A stretch of 64,000 bases of DNA, taken from assembly GCF_006345805.1 (NCBI RefSeq), contig NC_043014.1:7750001-7814000 (forward strand). The letters run 5' to 3'. This DNA comes from Octopus sinensis. Taxonomy: Eukaryota. Below, one piece after another: positions 36,707 to 49,087 of this stretch. The position numbers were made by a program, and so were the translations under genes. The notes beneath the pieces were generated by a model, which was given only the letters and a program-made list of their open reading frames with translations, searched no databases and was not told the origin of the DNA. Position 1 is the stretch's first letter, and each line of letters begins with the position of its first letter.

Positions 36707-37227
36707 TGACAGGATGTTGTTTCAGTTTTAGACGCAGCAAATGATTTTAGCTCAGTAGAGGCCATTGATTAGTTAAAATTCGAAAAATTAAACTGCGTTA
36801 AACTTACAAATTACAATTTTCTCAAGAAAGCCTAGAGAAAAAAATGTTTTATTTTGACACATTCTACCAGTATACAAAGTTTAAAACTGTTTAGTTAACT
36901 AGAAATTGTGTTGAAAACTGCCGTTCAAAAAGAAAAGATCCATTTATTGCTCTCTCCAATAGTATATATGTGAGAAATAGAAATAAATTGATAATGTGAA
37001 TATGAGAGTGATGAAAGATGGTATTTTCATGCATCATTTTGGCTGTAAATATAACGGACAACATTAAGCTTTTTGGTGGTTGATGACAATCTATCACAAC
37101 CGCCACGAGTAGCCGTCGAAACACATGTCTGCCAGTCAACGTAGGTGGTTAACACTCGTTACTTCATAACTAAATATAGCATAGTTGGCTGTGACGATAT
37201 GGGAGGTTCGATTTCTAAGGTAAACAG

Positions 37228-37652
37228 GGATCTTTTCGGTTTGAACGGCAGTTTTTTCTAGCGGTGTCATATGAAATTATGACCCAAGTATCGATCTATT
37301 GCATTTCAATCTGTTTTAGGGTTAGGGTTAGTTAGGGTTAGGGTTAGGGGTGGGGGGAAGGATATCTTTTTTTCTTCACAAATGTAAATAAACCCAATCT
37401 GTTTCTTAAACGAGGGACATATTCGTACAGCACAGAATGTTTTTTTTTACCTCAATAGACGTCAGTGATTGGTTGAAATTGCAGAAATTGAAGAAAAAAC
37501 AACAACAAGTATCTTACAAACTATAGACTTTTCTCAATAAAGCCAAGAGAAAAAGATGTTTTATAAACACATTCTACCAGTATACGAAGTTTAAAAGTGT
37601 TTAGTTACGTGGGAATTATTTTAAAAAACTGCCGTTCAAACCGAAAAGATCC
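37228..37652. mobile_element. GGATCTTTTCGG-family MITE
   Basis: TIRs, flanking GTAAACAG duplicated, internal TTAGGG repeats. Confidence 0.88.
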
Positions 37653-38094
37653 GTAAACAGTTTGCTACAGTGTATAATTTAACACAGATTCAGCTTTCCT
37701 TGCTTTTTCATAATTGCTTGTAAAATAGTTTAGGCTATGTCGTCTTATCCTACTTTCTATTCGCCTTTTTGTAAGAACAATATTAGCGTAAGGTAATCTA
37801 ACACCATTACATCTTTATTTTTTACCTTAAATGTTACTTTAAACCTATTTTTGTGTAAAGATAATTTATATCCTCATGTAGATTTTATTGAAAAAGGAGA
37901 AGAAAAAAAATTGTCTAGATACTTACCATGATTTTTATTACGTTAGTATTGACTTTGTCAGTTCAAACGGCACACTAATCATTTTTTATTTCACATCCTC
38001 TTTGTATATATAAAAAGAGATAGCTTTACTATCTTTTAAATCGTTAATGTATTTTAATCGTATAATTGTTATTATTTATTGAAATGATATTATA

Positions 38095-38500
38095 TAGGCG
38101 CAGGAGTGGCTGTTTGGTAAGTAGCTTGCTAACCAACCACATGGTTCCGGGTTCAGTCCCACTGCGTGGCATCTTGGGCAAGTGTCTTCTGCTATAGCCC
38201 CGGGCCGACCAATGCCTTGTGAGTGGATTTGGTAGACGGAAACTGAAAGAAGCCTGTCGTATATATGTATATATATATAAGTGTGTGTGAATATGTTTGT
38301 GTGTCTGTGTTTGTTCCCCTAGCATTGCTTGACAACCGATGCTGGTGTGTTTACGTCCCCGTTACTTAGCGGTTCGGCAAAAGAGACCGATAGAATAAGT
38401 ACTGGGCTTACAAAGAATAAGTCCCGGGGTCGATTTGCTCGACTAAAGGCGGTGCTCCAGCATGGCCGCAGTCAAATGACTGAAACAAGTAAAAAGAGTA
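38095..38500 (+). mobile_element. SINE family 1
   Basis: Full length. Confidence 0.88.
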
Positions 38501-38929
38501 AAAAAAAAAAGAGTAATATGTTTTAAGACTATTCCTGTAAATAAAGAATTACTGGAATGTTGTCCTTTGCAACGACATTGTAAACGACCGGACGAGGAGA
38601 GGTGACGAGAAATGGCTCCTTTAGTACACCACTCGGTCGATACAATAAATACGAAAAGGATAAATGAGTATAAGTGCCAGAAGGAAAAGAGAGACACAAC
38701 CGGGTAGAATGTTTAAGAGAAGATTTTATTAATATGTTAACATGTGTGTGTATGCGTCATATACACATAATACATGTATACAAAGTGTATGTATGTGCAT
38801 TAAGTACAGAGCATTGAAAGTCTATATAATATGACGTTAGAAGAATGTTCAGACACAAGGATGATAAATACCAGTTCGTAGTCAAGGTACACGATAGTTG
38901 AAGTGCTGTAACAAGAAGTTGTGGCTGCA

Positions 38930-39084
38930 ATGCAGAGCCGGTTGAGGCACATGTCGTACGTGAAGCCGTGGATACGATGCAGAGCCGGTTGAGGCACATG
39001 TCGTACGTGAAGCCGTGGATACGATGCAGAGCCGATTGAGGCACATGTCGTACGTGAAGCCGTGGATACGATGCAGAGCCGGTT
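38930..39084. repeat. 47-bp tandem repeat x3.3 inside a GC-richer, LTR-like block (~38570-39595)
   Basis: Unit ATGCAGAGCCGGTTGAGGCACATGTCGTACGTGAAGCCGTGGATACG. Confidence 0.9.
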
Positions 39085-39595
39085 ACTTGTTACAGGAGTA
39101 CTCGCAGGCTGTATTTGCTGTTAACCATGGTGAAGTTATTCACGAACAGTGTTGTGATTGAACCCGTGCGAGTGTTGCTGGTTGCTGTGTACGTAGCGAG
39201 ATGATGTTGACATTAAGAAGACGGAGGCGACAGAGATGGAGGTCCTGAATGCTGCTGGACGAAGTTGATGGGTCTCCATGTGGCTACAGTTGTGTTGTCG
39301 CTGGAACTGGCTGTGTCCTGTTTGGTCAGTGGCCAGGCCTCAAAAAGACTGGAACCGAAAGACCTCGCCTCGATGTGAAGCTAGAGTTTTATAGAGTGCA
39401 GTCGGCTCACCGGAGGTTTAGAAAAGATTGTCTCACGTGACCTTATCAGAAGGCTGCGATTAGTTGGGTTGCATACTGTCGCGCAATAGAGCAAGAGACA
39501 AGTTGCACCAATACCAACCAATCAGAGTAGTGGACACAACAGAGTCCAAAAGGGCGGCCGAAGGCTTGCTGTTATCTACTTCGTCCGTATTTATG

Positions 39596-40018
39596 TGTAG
39601 TGATGTCATTCTTTAGTGTGCGGTGCTGGAACCTTCTGGAAAGGCCTAAGGAAGTTCCCTAATGCACATGCGCTAAAAACTGGGAACGAGAATTCTATGG
39701 TGTTCGTTGAAGAGAGAAGACGTGTTTAACGTGTTCTCAGCCTATTCTCCTGTCCCAGACGCTTGGGATTTGACCGGCTCTGTTGCTGCTGGAGTTTTTG
39801 TGAGGTTTATCTTTACACATGTTTAACTTCAGTCTTGCTGTACCTACACCAAGTGGTTACCAATTTACCTTCTTTATGTAAATAACGAAATAAAGTGTCA
39901 TATTTTCTAAGGTTGCTTTCTTGTTCCTGACGCCGGTAGTTTTTGGAAACAAAGAAGGAAATTGTGTTGCACCCAAACAGTGCAAAAGACACAACCTGTT
40001 CCAGATAGTTCCTTTACA
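39596..40018 (+). mobile_element. Solo LTR with 4-bp TSD (Gypsy-type)
   Basis: TGTAG...TTTACA termini with TATG duplicated on both sides; homologous to 10549-11144. Confidence 0.88.
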
Positions 40019-40032
40019 TATGTATATATAAC

Positions 40033-40063
<31 letters not shown>

Positions 40064-40402
40064 AATTTCCCTCAAGTGTACGCTACATGCTCAATCCATA
40101 GAACAAATTTGAGGTAATCTATACAATTAACATTGTAACCTCGGTATATAGATATTGTTGCTTAGTCCGAGGTCAGTCCTAGTCAAGCACACCTGTAAGC
40201 AAAGGTGTTTCAGCCATGACTATCCCATATTATTTTCAGGTAATGTACCGCGGATTAAATTGTCCAAGAAGCCCGTTTTAAAGTAGAATGATATGGTTTG
40301 AGGTAGAGTCAGTTGTTATTTCCTATATTTTGATTTATAAACCTTAATCATGTGATAAGCCATTATATAATACAACTGCAACTGTATAATTTTCGTCGCT
40401 AG

Positions 40403-40488
40403 GTGGATCTACTGAAATTAATGAAGCACAAGCTTCGGGTTCCTTAATCTCGCTTGAACCCCTGGCAATTCTAGTCACATTGCTATAA
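40403..40488 (+). CDS. Candidate terminal exon encoding a GPI-anchor-like C-terminus (GSTEINEAQASGSLISLEPLAILVTLL*)
   Basis: Acceptor ATAATTTTCGTCGCTAG, phase 1. Small residues followed by a hydrophobic tail ending at TAA. Confidence 0.45.
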
Positions 40489-40769
40489 AAAAAAACAACC
40501 AATTTTTGGTAAATTTATAATAACTGCTGGTAGTGGCACAGGAAATTAGGACACGTTTATGTAACAATGATTAGTAAGGCTCGAGAAGCAAGAAAGAGTT
40601 GGTTTGTAATTATGAAGAACAATTCCTTTCATTTCTTGCGGGATTAAGTGACGGAAAACTTGCTGCAAAAGATGTGAATGTGCGTTCTCTGGTTGTTTTC
40701 AAAGCTCTGTGATTGTTCTTTGTTTTAATACCAAGAAAAGCGCGGGAATTTCGAGGAGCCTGCAGATAA

Positions 40770-41150
40770 TGTTGCTGTTGAGTGAAGCGGTCTTCGTCCC
40801 AGAGTGGGAGAAGTCCGAAACGTGGTCCTTTGCTATTCGTAAGACCCGCAGAAGAGAAAGCAGGTTAACTCCCGACACCGAGAGCATCGACCGATGGATG
40901 AATGCGCATCCAGGCTCAGCGGTTGCGTAGGAAGTCGGGGAGGACAAGAAACAGGAAGAAAGAGTGAGAGAAAGTTGGAGCGAAAGAGTACAACAGGGGT
41001 CGCCACCACCCCCTGCCGGAGCCTCGTGGAGCTTTTGGTGTTTTTGCTCAATAAACACACACAACGCCCGGTCTGGGAATCGAAACCGCCCGCGATCCTC
41101 CGACCGCGAGTCCGCTGCCCTAACCACTGGGCTATTGCGCCTCCACTGCA
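40770..41150 (-). mobile_element. SINE family 3
   Basis: Reverse-complement head at ~41145. Confidence 0.8.
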
Positions 41151-41435
41151 GATGATGTACATAATATGGCATGATATCGCTGCAAGCTGATTCGTCAACA
41201 GTCCGTACAGACTGCGTAACAAAAATGGTAACCGGGAATTTTAGTTTCGATTCTACACGGAATTAAGCGGGCATTTTGAACTAGTCTTGATGCATACGTG
41301 CATATATATGTATGTATACGTTCGTATATGTTGTATTCATTTATTATATATATAAATATATATATTATATATTATATATATATAAATGAATACAACATAT
41401 ACGAACGTATACATACATATAATGCACGTATGCAT

Positions 41436-41649
41436 CAGTTTGGCGTTTGTGTTTCTGATTCTCGACCCCATGTCGAATTTATCGATTATTTTCAGAACTG
41501 GGGGAACTTTTCAAAATTTTCGCTGCGTTAGTTTTGAATTATGACATTGGGCTATGTGTGGTAAAGTTTCATCAGAATCGGTTGAAAGCCGTGGTCAGGA
41601 TGAGGGTACAAGCAAACAGACACACAGAAACACGCACAGACAAACTGCC

Positions 41650-41713
<64 letters not shown>

Positions 41714-41893
41714 AACTAGTCTTGATGCATACGTGCATATATATGTATGTATACGTTCGTATATGTTGTATTCATTTATATATATATATAAATATATATA
41801 TAAATATATATATATATTTATATATATATAAATGAATACAACATATACGAACGTATACATACATATATATGCACGTATGCATCAAGACTAGTT

Positions 41894-41947
<54 letters not shown>

Positions 41948-42162
41948 GGCAGTTTGTCTGTGCGTGTTTCTGTGTGTCTGTTTGCTTGTACCCTCATCCT
42001 GACCACGGCTTTCAACCGATTCTGATGAAACTTTACACACACATAGCCCAATGTCATAATTCAAAACTAACGCAGCGAAAATTTTGAAAAGTTCCCCCAG
42101 TTCTGAAAATAATCGATAAATTCGACATGGGGTCGAGAATCAGAAACACAAACCGCAAACTG
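41436..42162. repeat. 727-bp near-perfect palindrome (inverted duplication of a Helitron 5' half)
   Basis: Symmetry centre ~41800; the central block is also copied at 41274-41436. Confidence 0.88.
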
Positions 42163-42314
42163 TCTAGGGGACGCAACTCCACCTTTTTTAACTAAAAAAA
42201 AAAAATTACCATCATTGTTTTCCATTTTTTTGCTATTTTTTGGCTATAACTCTCTAAAAATGCTTTATAGTTATTTCCCTTACAAACCTGAGCAACGCCG
42301 GGCGATACTGCTAG
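41945..42314 (+). mobile_element. Helitron-like element
   Basis: Shared 3' end CC.GAGCAACGCCGGGCGATACTGCTAG-T; the 5' start is lost in (TA)n. Confidence 0.75.
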
Positions 42315-42329
42315 TATATATATATATTA

Positions 42330-43240
42330 TGCCTTCCTTTAACTTTCTGGGAAGTCTCCCAGTTGCGAGGAAGTTGTGGAAGAGAATCTGTAGGTCTTGC
42401 TAGAGACTCTTTGCATTTCTTTAGGAGGATTGCTGGATCCATGAGGATCCATCGGACACGTCGCTGAGTTTGAGCTCATTTCATCAATGACTGATATTAC
42501 GTCCGTTTCCTCTAATTCAATGTTATCTCTTTGCGTAGAGCTGTAGTGCTGAAGAACTTATCAGGTATAGCATTTTGCAAGTGTCCCAATGAAATTGTGA
42601 AAACAGTTTTGTATTGCACATTCAGTATTTTACTGAGGATCTTTTCGGTTTGAACGGCAGTTTTTTCTAGCGGTGTCATATGAAATTGTCACCCATAATT
42701 ATGACCCTAGTATCGATCTACTGCATTTCAATCTGTTTTAGGGTTAGGGTTAGGGGTGGGGGAAGGGTATCTTTTTTTTCTTCACAAATGTAAATAAACC
42801 CAATCTGTTTCTTAAACGACGGACATATTCATACGGCACAGAAGTATTTCACCTCAATAGACGCCATTGATTGGTTGAAATTGCCGAAATGCAAGAAATT
42901 TAAGACCAAATATCTTACAAAGTATAGACTTTTCTCAATAAAGCCAAGAGAAAAAGATGTTTTATAAACACATTCTACCAGTATACGAAGTTTAAAAGTG
43001 TTTAGTTACGTGGAAATTATTTTTAAAAACTGCCGTTCAAACCGAAAATATCCTTTTACTGATCCTCTGGGGGTCAACAGTCAGTGAGCCATTTTTATCG
43101 AACAGTGGCCCTATCATGTACCATATTGATGCAGACACTTTTGCAAATCTATAGAGGGCTTTAGGGTTTGTCTTTATATTTTTGACAACCCTGGCTTGTT
43201 TCTCTGCCCTTCCTTTTCGTGGGAGAGTTTGAGCTCATAT
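42330..43240 (-). pseudogene. CR1/L2-like LINE ORF2 remnant
   Basis: VKNIKTNPKALYRFAK..IGPL..RISKILNVQYKTVF..PAILLKKCKESLARP. Confidence 0.7.
42637..43053. mobile_element. GGATCTTTTCGG-family MITE with 9-bp TSD (Mutator-like)
   Basis: TTTTACTGA duplicated at 42628-42636 and 43054-43062; excision restores the LINE frame. Confidence 0.9.
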
Positions 43241-43244
43241 ATGT

Positions 43245-43470
43245 GTTGGCAGAAACGTTAGCACGCCGGGCGAAATGCGTAGCCGTATTTCGTCTGTCGT
43301 TACGTTCTGAGTTCAAATTCTGCCGAGGTCGACTTTACCTTTCATCCTTTCGGGGTCGATAAATTAAGTACCAGTTTACGCACTGGGGATCGATGTAATC
43401 GACTTAATCCGTTTGTCTGTCCTTGTTTATCCCCTCTGTGTTTAGCCCCTTGTGGGTAGTAAAGAAATAC
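43245..43470 (+). mobile_element. SINE family 2
   Basis: Head plus core. Confidence 0.85.
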
Positions 43471-43889
43471 ATATATGAGTGTGTATAATGTTTATAAGTA
43501 GGCCTGTAAATGTTATAAACTGACTTGATACCTGTTGACTGCCTGTTTATGTTTGTTGTCACACACACACATTTGCAAGGAATCAACTAGTTCTGCTGAG
43601 CCAAAGGCTGTTGCAATAAGTTGTGGTCAACTTGGTGAACTGGTATTGATTTTTTAGCTGAATCGTTTCACATTTGTTGCTGTTATTTTACGGAGCGGCA
43701 TGTATGTTACAGCATCACATACTCACCCACAACAAATTGTGGTTCGATCGATGAAGCAGGACAATATGAAACCCGATTCAGTAAAACGTAACAATAATTC
43801 AATTAGATGAGGTGTCAATCATTCACATCGAAAGTACAGGAAATAGAGAAAGAGATGAAAAAAAAGGAAAAAAGAAAGAAACAGATAGA

Positions 43890-44053
43890 GAGTGGCTGTG
43901 TGGTAAGTAGCTTGCTAACCAACCACATGGTTCCGGGTTCAGTCCCACTGCGTGGCATCTTGGGCAAGTGTCTTCTGCTATAGCCCCGGGCCGACCAATG
44001 CCTTGTGAGTGGATTTGGTAGACGGAAACTGAAAGAAGCCTGTCGTATATATG

Positions 44054-44090
<37 letters not shown>

Positions 44091-44290
44091 TTGTGTGTCT
44101 GTGTTTGTCCCCCTAGCATTGCTTGACAACCGATGCTGGTGTGTCTACGTCCCCGCCACTTAGCGGTTCGGCAAAAGAGACCGATAGAATAAGTACTGGG
44201 CTTACAAAGAATAAGTTCCGGGGTCGATTTGATCGACTAAAGGCGGTGCTCCAGGATGGCCGCAGTCAAATGACTGAAACAAGTAAAAGA
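43890..44290 (+). mobile_element. SINE family 1
   Basis: Family-1 sequence. Confidence 0.88.
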
Positions 44291-44835
44291 GAGTGAGAAA
44301 GTAAAATACGGAGAGGGAGAGGAAGAAATAAAGTGGAAGAAGGTAAGACAAATATAAAGAAGAAAAAAGGAAGACAAAAGGGGGGAGAAAATTGTACAAG
44401 AAGAAAGAAAGAGTGGGAAGAAGAGAATTAAAAAGAGAAAGAGAAATATAGAGAAATAGAGAAAAGGTAGAAAAATAAAAACAGAAAGCGTGAGAGGGAA
44501 AAGACAGATAGACAGAAGGTGAGGAAAAGAGGAAAATATAGAACAGTGGAGAAACAAAAAGAGCGAGAGAAAAATCGAGAGGAAGAGACGGGAAGAAAAC
44601 GGAGGAAGAAATAAGAAAACGAAAGGGTAAAATGGAGGAATGAAAGAAAGAGAAAGAGAAAAAGATGTTAAAATAGAGATATATAAAGAGAAAAAGAACA
44701 AAAATAAATAAAGAGAAAGGGTGCGGAAGAAAAAAAAAAGGGCGGAAGATAATGAGACGGAGTTAAGAGAAATATATGACAAGAGATGAAAGAGATTGAG
44801 AGAACGAAGGAGAGAGATATAGAAAGAATACAGAA
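44290..44835 (+). repeat. ~540-bp non-periodic polypurine (GA-rich) tract
   Basis: Direct reading; very few pyrimidines on the plus strand. Confidence 0.9.
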
Positions 44836-44867
44836 AAAGCCGCCTGTCGATCGCACGCATTCACATC

Positions 44868-44972
44868 ATGCATCAAGCGACACCTAGCGAGATGCAGCGA
44901 AGTAATATTAGCAACAAAACAAACATGGACGATAGTTATCAACAAATGTTTCATACGTTCCGAAAATCACGG
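44868..44972 (+). CDS. Speculative first coding exon (MHQATPSEMQRSNISNKTNMDDSYQQMFHTFRKSR)
   Basis: CpG-richer ATG ORF after the GA tract. A weak phase-0 donor GTTCGT is compatible with exon 53335. Confidence 0.25.
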
Positions 44973-46841
44973 GTTCGTTGGAAAATTCTTTGTTACATTT
45001 AAATTTTTTATTCATTTTTGAAGTGGGTTGAGTTATATTTAAATTTTCCTCTAATTTCTTGAGGCTTTTAATTCTCTTTTTCTCTTTTTTTTTCTTGCTA
45101 TTTTGCTATTGTTTCTTCACGTAGTTTAATACTAAGACAATTGCTATTGAATTTAAGGATCTCTGACATAGGCACTAGACCAGTCTGTGAGGAATGTATG
45201 GTCGACACACAAAGCCAGATATTACGTGGGGAAAACGGGAAAAGAGCGAGTGATTAAACTGACCCAAAGTGCTTGTCTTTCTTTTCGACCCTTGGAAGGG
45301 TGAAATGCTATGTCGACCTCGACGGCGATTTGAACTCGGAACGTAATGGACGACATAAAATACTGTAATGATTTTTTTGACATAGGTACAAAGAACTCGG
45401 GTTTTATTGTGAGATGGGATGTATATCCAATTTAATCGATTTCAGTACTTGATCGACTCTGGAAGGATGAAAGACGAAGTTCACTTGCTGATTTGAACTC
45501 GCAACTTAATGAAGCGTAACTTTTGGTTTTCTTTAATGCTCCACCCTTTTAAATAAAAAATTCTTTCAAATTTTGGCAGAAGACCAGCTGTGCTCAACTT
45601 TATTTTTATCTACTCCAAAAGGATGAAAACTTAAAGTTGACCTCGGCGGAATTTCAATAATAATAATTATTATTTCAAAATTTGGCACAAATAGTTTGAG
45701 AGTAAGGCACAAGTCGATTAGATCGACCTCAGTATTTCACTGGTACTTTAGTTTATCGATTCTCGAAAGGATGAAAGGTAATGGTCACCTCGGTCTGTCA
45801 ACACAATGCAAAGAGTTAAAATAATTTGTATTTTGCTGTGAGCGTTATTAGTGGTGATAACAGCCGTTGTTTACCTCCAGGTTAGACTCAGTTCTGGCAA
45901 GCATATATGATCAAAAACTATTTCCCACTGTTTATTATTTCAAACAATATTTCCCCACCCATTTTAAAGTCGGTGAGGTGTGAATTAAGGAAGATCTGGG
46001 TGCTGTTATCGACTGTTTAAGAGACCTTGTTGCTACACGCTTGTTGATGGTGAATCACAACCGGATTTAGGCTTTAGCTAGTTAAACAAGATACAATTAG
46101 AAGCTCAAAATCAAAAGAAAGGCTTATCTTTTTTTCAATTTTTACCAGACTTTCTGCTGTAGTTATTTAAACGAGTGGCCTGAAGTATTTATACAGCTTA
46201 TGGGCTCACAAAGTCTAAATCCATTATAGGCTCATTTTCTTTCCATTTGTGTCAGTACGCGCTGTGTATGTCATGTATACGTACAGAAAAGCTGTTGCAA
46301 TCGTTTACGTTCGTCATTTCTGTTGCTATTTCCTGCAACAGAAATTCTACTGTGGCTTTTGCATGCGGCGTGTGAGCCGTGCGCCTAGGAAAAGGATGTC
46401 AAGTTGTATAAGGCTCCCTTTCTCCCTCTCTCTTTCTTTCTCTCTCTCCCTCTCTTTTTTTCTCTATCTCCCTCCCCCTTTCTCTCTCTCTATATATATT
46501 TAGATAGATAGATAGATAGATATACACGCACACACATATATATATATACACTTATATATCGGTCGGGCGTAAGAAATCTATTTATATGAAAAGCTATGCA
46601 TGCTGTGTACATGTCTCTAGCACGCTTAATCTGAATTTTATCTTCCGTATATGTATGTATTTGTGTGTGTATATATATTTACACACACACACACACACAA
46701 CACACACACACACACATAATAATATATATATATATAATATATATATATATATGTATATGTATATATTATATGTATATATTATATATATATATGTAATATA
46801 TATATGTAATATATATATATATATAATATATATATATGTAT

Positions 46842-47215
46842 AGGCGCAGGAGTGGCTGTGTGGTAAGTAGCTTGTTTACCAACCACATGGTTCCGGGTTC
46901 AGTCCCATTGCGTGGCACCTTGGACAAGTGTCTTCTACTATAGCCTCGGGCCGACCAAAGCCTTGTGAGTGGATTTGGTAGACGGAAACTGAGAGAAACC
47001 TGTCGTGTGTGTTTGTGTGTCTGTTTGTCCCCCCCCCCACCATTGCTTGACAACCGATGCTGGTGTGTTTACGTCCCCATCACTTAGCAGTTCGGCAAAA
47101 GAGACAGATAGAATAAGTACTGGACTTTCAAAGAATAAGTCCCGGGGTTGATTTGCTTGACTAAAGGCGGTGCTCCAGCATGGCCACAGTCAAATGACTG
47201 AAACAAGTAAAAAAA
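46842..47215 (+). mobile_element. SINE family 1
   Basis: Family-1 sequence. Confidence 0.88.
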
Positions 47216-47267
47216 AAATATATATATATATATAATATATATATAATATTTATAAGATATATATAAA

Positions 47268-47298
<31 letters not shown>

Positions 47299-47347
47299 AA
47301 TAAATGAAAGAATGGAGTCGAACAAAGATGTTAACAAAATTATTTTA

Positions 47348-47429
47348 CTCTCGACACATGTTTCGAAGACAGCATATTTTCATTCCGAAGGAATAAAGGG
47401 TGCATTATGCAATCTTCTCATCAGGAAAG
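47348..47429 (-). ncRNA. Type I hammerhead (family B, intact)
   Basis: CUUUC-CUGAUGA-GAAGA..UCUUC-GAAAC-AUGU-GUC-GAGAG. Confidence 0.88.
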
Positions 47430-47507
47430 AAAACATTATCGCTTTGGTTACCATGTAGGCTATCATCGAAATTTTTGTTTGTCTTGTTGTTGAGAGAGGC
47501 TCCTTTT

Positions 47508-47589
47508 CTTTCCTAATGAGAAGATTGCATAATGCACCCTTTATTCCTTCGGAATGAAAATATGCTGTCTTCGAAACATGTGTCGAGAG
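47508..47589 (+). ncRNA. Hammerhead copy with a G5A core mutation
   Basis: CUAAUGA instead of CUGAUGA; otherwise the same as the intact copy. Confidence 0.75.
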
Positions 47590-47824
47590 TAAAGGAATTT
47601 TGTTAACATCTCAGTTCGACTCCATTCTTTCATTTATTCATATACAACACACAAATTTCTACACATGAACGCGGAGTTTCTACCCATAACAGGTCGCTTC
47701 AACCGTGTTTTCTGACGTGAATTTGCTACCCAGGTTTCGGTTAAACAAATTTTCCATGCCGACAATAAACATAGGATAATTCATTCACCTACTTAAATAT
47801 ATATATATATAAAATATATAATAT

Positions 47825-47869
<45 letters not shown>

Positions 47870-47879
<10 letters not shown>

Positions 47880-48345
47880 CTGCCAGATCTGACTGGCCTG
47901 GTGCAGCCTTCGGGCTCCCCAGACCCAGTTGAACCGTCCAACCCATGCTAGCATGGGAAGCGGACGTTAAATGATGATGATGATGATGATGATATATATG
48001 TAACATATGTATATGATATATATATATATATATATTCCATATATTAATATGTATATGATCATCATCGTCGTTTAACGTCCATTTTCCGTGCTGGCATGGG
48101 TTGGACGGTTTGACAGGGCTGGCAAAGTTTCTACAGCTGGATGCCCTTCCTAACGCCAACCACTCTGAGAGTGTAGTGGGAGCCAGTCCAGTGGCACTGA
48201 CGACGACCACACTCGAATGGTGTTTTTCACGTGCCACCAGCACAGGAACCAGTCAGGCAACGCTGGCAACGATCATGCTCAAATGGTGCTTCTTACGTGC
48301 CACCGGCATGGGAGCCAATCAGTGGCCCTGGCAACAATCACGCGG
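47870..48345. mobile_element. Two tail-to-tail RTE 3' fragments (47870-47990 +, 48050-48345 -)
   Basis: Conserved 3' ends with GAT/ATC tails. Confidence 0.8.
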
Positions 48346-49087
48346 AGTAGATAAAACAGGGACAACTGAAGAAGGGGAATATTCCTTGTGTTGTATGTCT
48401 TGTACTCTGTTTTTTCTTGTTGTTTGAAAAGTGGTTCGTTTCCATGTTTTTGTTTTTATGTTTTCATTTCTCATTGTGTTCAACGTTTTTTTGATGTCCT
48501 GTACCCATATATGCATGTATATATACATATAGATGTAGGTATGTACATATATATATATATAAGTATATATGCATATATTTATATTATTATATAATCGAAT
48601 GCCACACATCCTTTTATCTATCTATCTGTCTATCTATCTATATGTATGTATGTAGTCAAAAAATCTTAGCTATTCCTTCTACTTTAACAGGCTCCTTCTC
48701 TCCCTCCCTCTCTCCCTTTCATATATATATATATATATATAATAATATATATATATATATATACGTGGGTAACTTAATATAGAATGAATTTCGTTATTTT
48801 TCATTTTTGCCTGCATGGATTGTTTTCAAGTACTTTGGTTTTTCTGGGAGCCCCTTTTAAAGTAGAAGGAATAGCTAAGATTTTTTGACTGCTATTTCTA
48901 AACTTCAGTATGTGGTGAAGCAAATCGGTGCTGAACCCTCATGCCGAATTCTGCTTGGTGAAATTAGTGATTACTTCTTAATTAATTAATTTTACCCTTT
49001 GTTATTATTGTATGTATGTAGTTATATGTATGTATGTAGGTATATGTGTATATAGAATAATTACTATAAAGCATTTTGTAGAATATA

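Larger units (their letters stand above)
47299..47790. mobile_element. Penelope pLTR-like solo insertion with an inverted partial copy (family B)
   Basis: Arms 47299-47434 and 47503-47638 are inverted; 47503-47790 is homologous to 27490-27790. (TA)n on both flanks. Confidence 0.8.

Noticed and set aside
37074-37134. UUGAUGA ... GAAAC-ACAU-GUC hammerhead-like string
   Set aside because: Core spacing and stem II register do not fit, and stem I pairs only with a shifted core.
37315-37352. Interstitial telomere / fusion site
   Set aside because: The short TTAGGG runs are internal parts of a multi-copy MITE.
38907-39094. TGTAACAAG...CTTGTTACA as an independent TIR/LTR insertion
   Set aside because: No TSD, so it is reported only as a tandem repeat.
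44237-44860. 207-aa hydrophobic F/L/S ORF
   Set aside because: Antisense reading of the polypurine tract.
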